A program made the translations under genes and the position numbers. A DNA stretch of 64,000 bases from assembly GCF_004010195.1 (NCBI RefSeq), contig NC_057750.1:9558062-9622061 (forward strand), read 5' to 3'. Below, piece after piece: positions 62,493-64,000 of the stretch. The notes under the pieces are model-generated. The model worked only from the letters and a program-made list of their open reading frames with translations, made no database searches and had not been told where the DNA came from. Source of the DNA: Chiloscyllium plagiosum (taxonomy: Eukaryota). How positions within the stretch are numbered: position 1 is the stretch's first letter; every line of letters starts with the position of its first letter.

Positions 62493-63520
62493 AGTCATAG
62501 GGTCCTACAGCACTGAGACAGGCCCTTCAGCCCAAACTGGTCCGTGCTGACCAAAACATCTGTCCACGCTAGACCCTGCACTTGGCCCATATCCTTCTAA
62601 CCCTTTCCTATCCATGTATTTGTCCAAATGCCTTTTCAATGTTGTTAATGTACCCGCCTCAACTAATTCCACTGGCAGCTCATTCCATACCCGTACCCCC
62701 CCCCCCCCGTGTAAAAAAGTTGCCCCTCAGGTTCCGTTTTTATTCTTTCCCCTCTCACCTTAAACTGATGCCCTCTAGTCCTCAATTCCCCAACCCTGGG
62801 AAAAAGACTGAGTGCATTCATCGTATCCATGCCTCTCATGATCTTATACACCTCTAGAAGGTCCCCCCCCCAAAGAAAAATATCCTAGCTGGTCCAACCT
62901 CTCCCTATAATTCAGTCTCTTGAGTCCTGGCAACATCCTTGTAAGTTTCTTCCACACTCTTTCCAGTTTAATAACATCCTTCCTATAGCAAGGTGACCAA
63001 AACTCAACACAGTACTCCAAGTGCAGCCTCACCAATGAACAGAAAAGGAAGAAGAATTTTTTTAAAATGTGCATTTTTATAGCATCTCATTGGAACAGGA
63101 GTAGGCCATTTGGCCCCTCTTCCACCATACGGTGAGATTGTGGCTCTTCTGTGGCTGAATTCTATATACCTGCCTTTTGGCTCAGGACTCTGAATACCTT
63201 TACTTAACAAAAATTTATCTCTCAGAGATTTAAAATTGGCAACTGGTCCAGCATCTACTGCCTTGTGGAAGAGATCTCCAAACCTCTCCCACCCTCAGTG
63301 TGTAGATGTGCTTCCTAACCTCTCTCTCCTGAACGCTCTGGCCCTCACTCTCTGACTAGGCCCTCCTAGTTCTGGAACCTCCAGCCAGTGGGAATAGTCT
63401 ATCTCTATCTATCCCATGTTTTCCAAATTAATATCTTCAACACTTCAATCAGGTCACCCTTTAACCTTCTAAATTCTCAAGGAAACGGACCTCATTTGTA
63501 TAATCTCTCCTCATAGTTGA
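62493..63520 (-). mobile_element. Two CR1 LINE 3' fragments
   Basis: LVRLHLEYCVEFWSPCYRKDVIKLERVWKKLTRMLPGL...; a second, older tail at ~63080-63520. Confidence 0.85.
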
Positions 63521-64000
63521 GACTTCCCTGTCCACACAATCTAGATCCAAAAGATTGTACCATTCGGAAGAGGAACAGAGCAGCTTCCTGTCCAATATTT
63601 ACCTTTTGATCACAGAAGCAGAATTAGAATTAGCTTTATTGTCCGATGTGCTCACAGGAGTACAATAAAAGTTTACAAGTTGCCGTTTATTGTGTCATCA
63701 CAAGTACACGGTACCCAGGCACAGAATCTTCAGGGTGGGTTCATAGAAAAAAAATTAGAAATGAAATGTCAAGCATTACAGATTGTAGGACTAAATTAGA
63801 AAATGGAGAAATGAAAAGTTCAGAATAACCGTCCTTCCAACCCACTCCACCTAGCCTCCAGATTTCCCGTTTCTTTCTCACATCGGAGAGCTTTCTATGT
63901 GTCAATCGATTGCCCTCTCTCCTGCACTGCAGCACTTCAAACAAGTATTGCATTGTCTGTACAGTGATTTGAGAAACTGAGAGGTGGTATAAAAACAAGC

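Overview
Repeat-rich vertebrate genomic DNA, almost certainly from a shark (inferred from HE1-type V-SINEs, HER1/CR1 LINE tails, Deu-type SINEs and a ~69-bp satellite), with four assembly gaps. The only securely identifiable gene is a prostacyclin (IP) receptor, PTGIR. Its large coding exon (ATG 25331 to splice donor after 26134, TM1-TM6) is on the + strand. The final coding exon was not found in the remaining ~38 kb. Upstream and divergent, on the - strand, is a candidate spliced gene: exons 2519-2369 and 941-705 join into a 128-codon Cys-rich open frame with weak PLAC8/cornifelin-like motifs, and four more phase-compatible but stop-containing exons may lie upstream. Other notable items: a NUMA1-like coiled-coil pseudogene fragment split by two retroelements; a Gmr1-like Gypsy remnant (integrase before RT); a clean solo LTR inside a SINE; and Penelope-derived pieces carrying minimal hammerhead-ribozyme cores, three of them ~200-230-bp fold-back insertions with their own target-site duplications (TSDs). 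Family assignments are from recognition of motifs, not database searches, and repeat boundaries are approximate.
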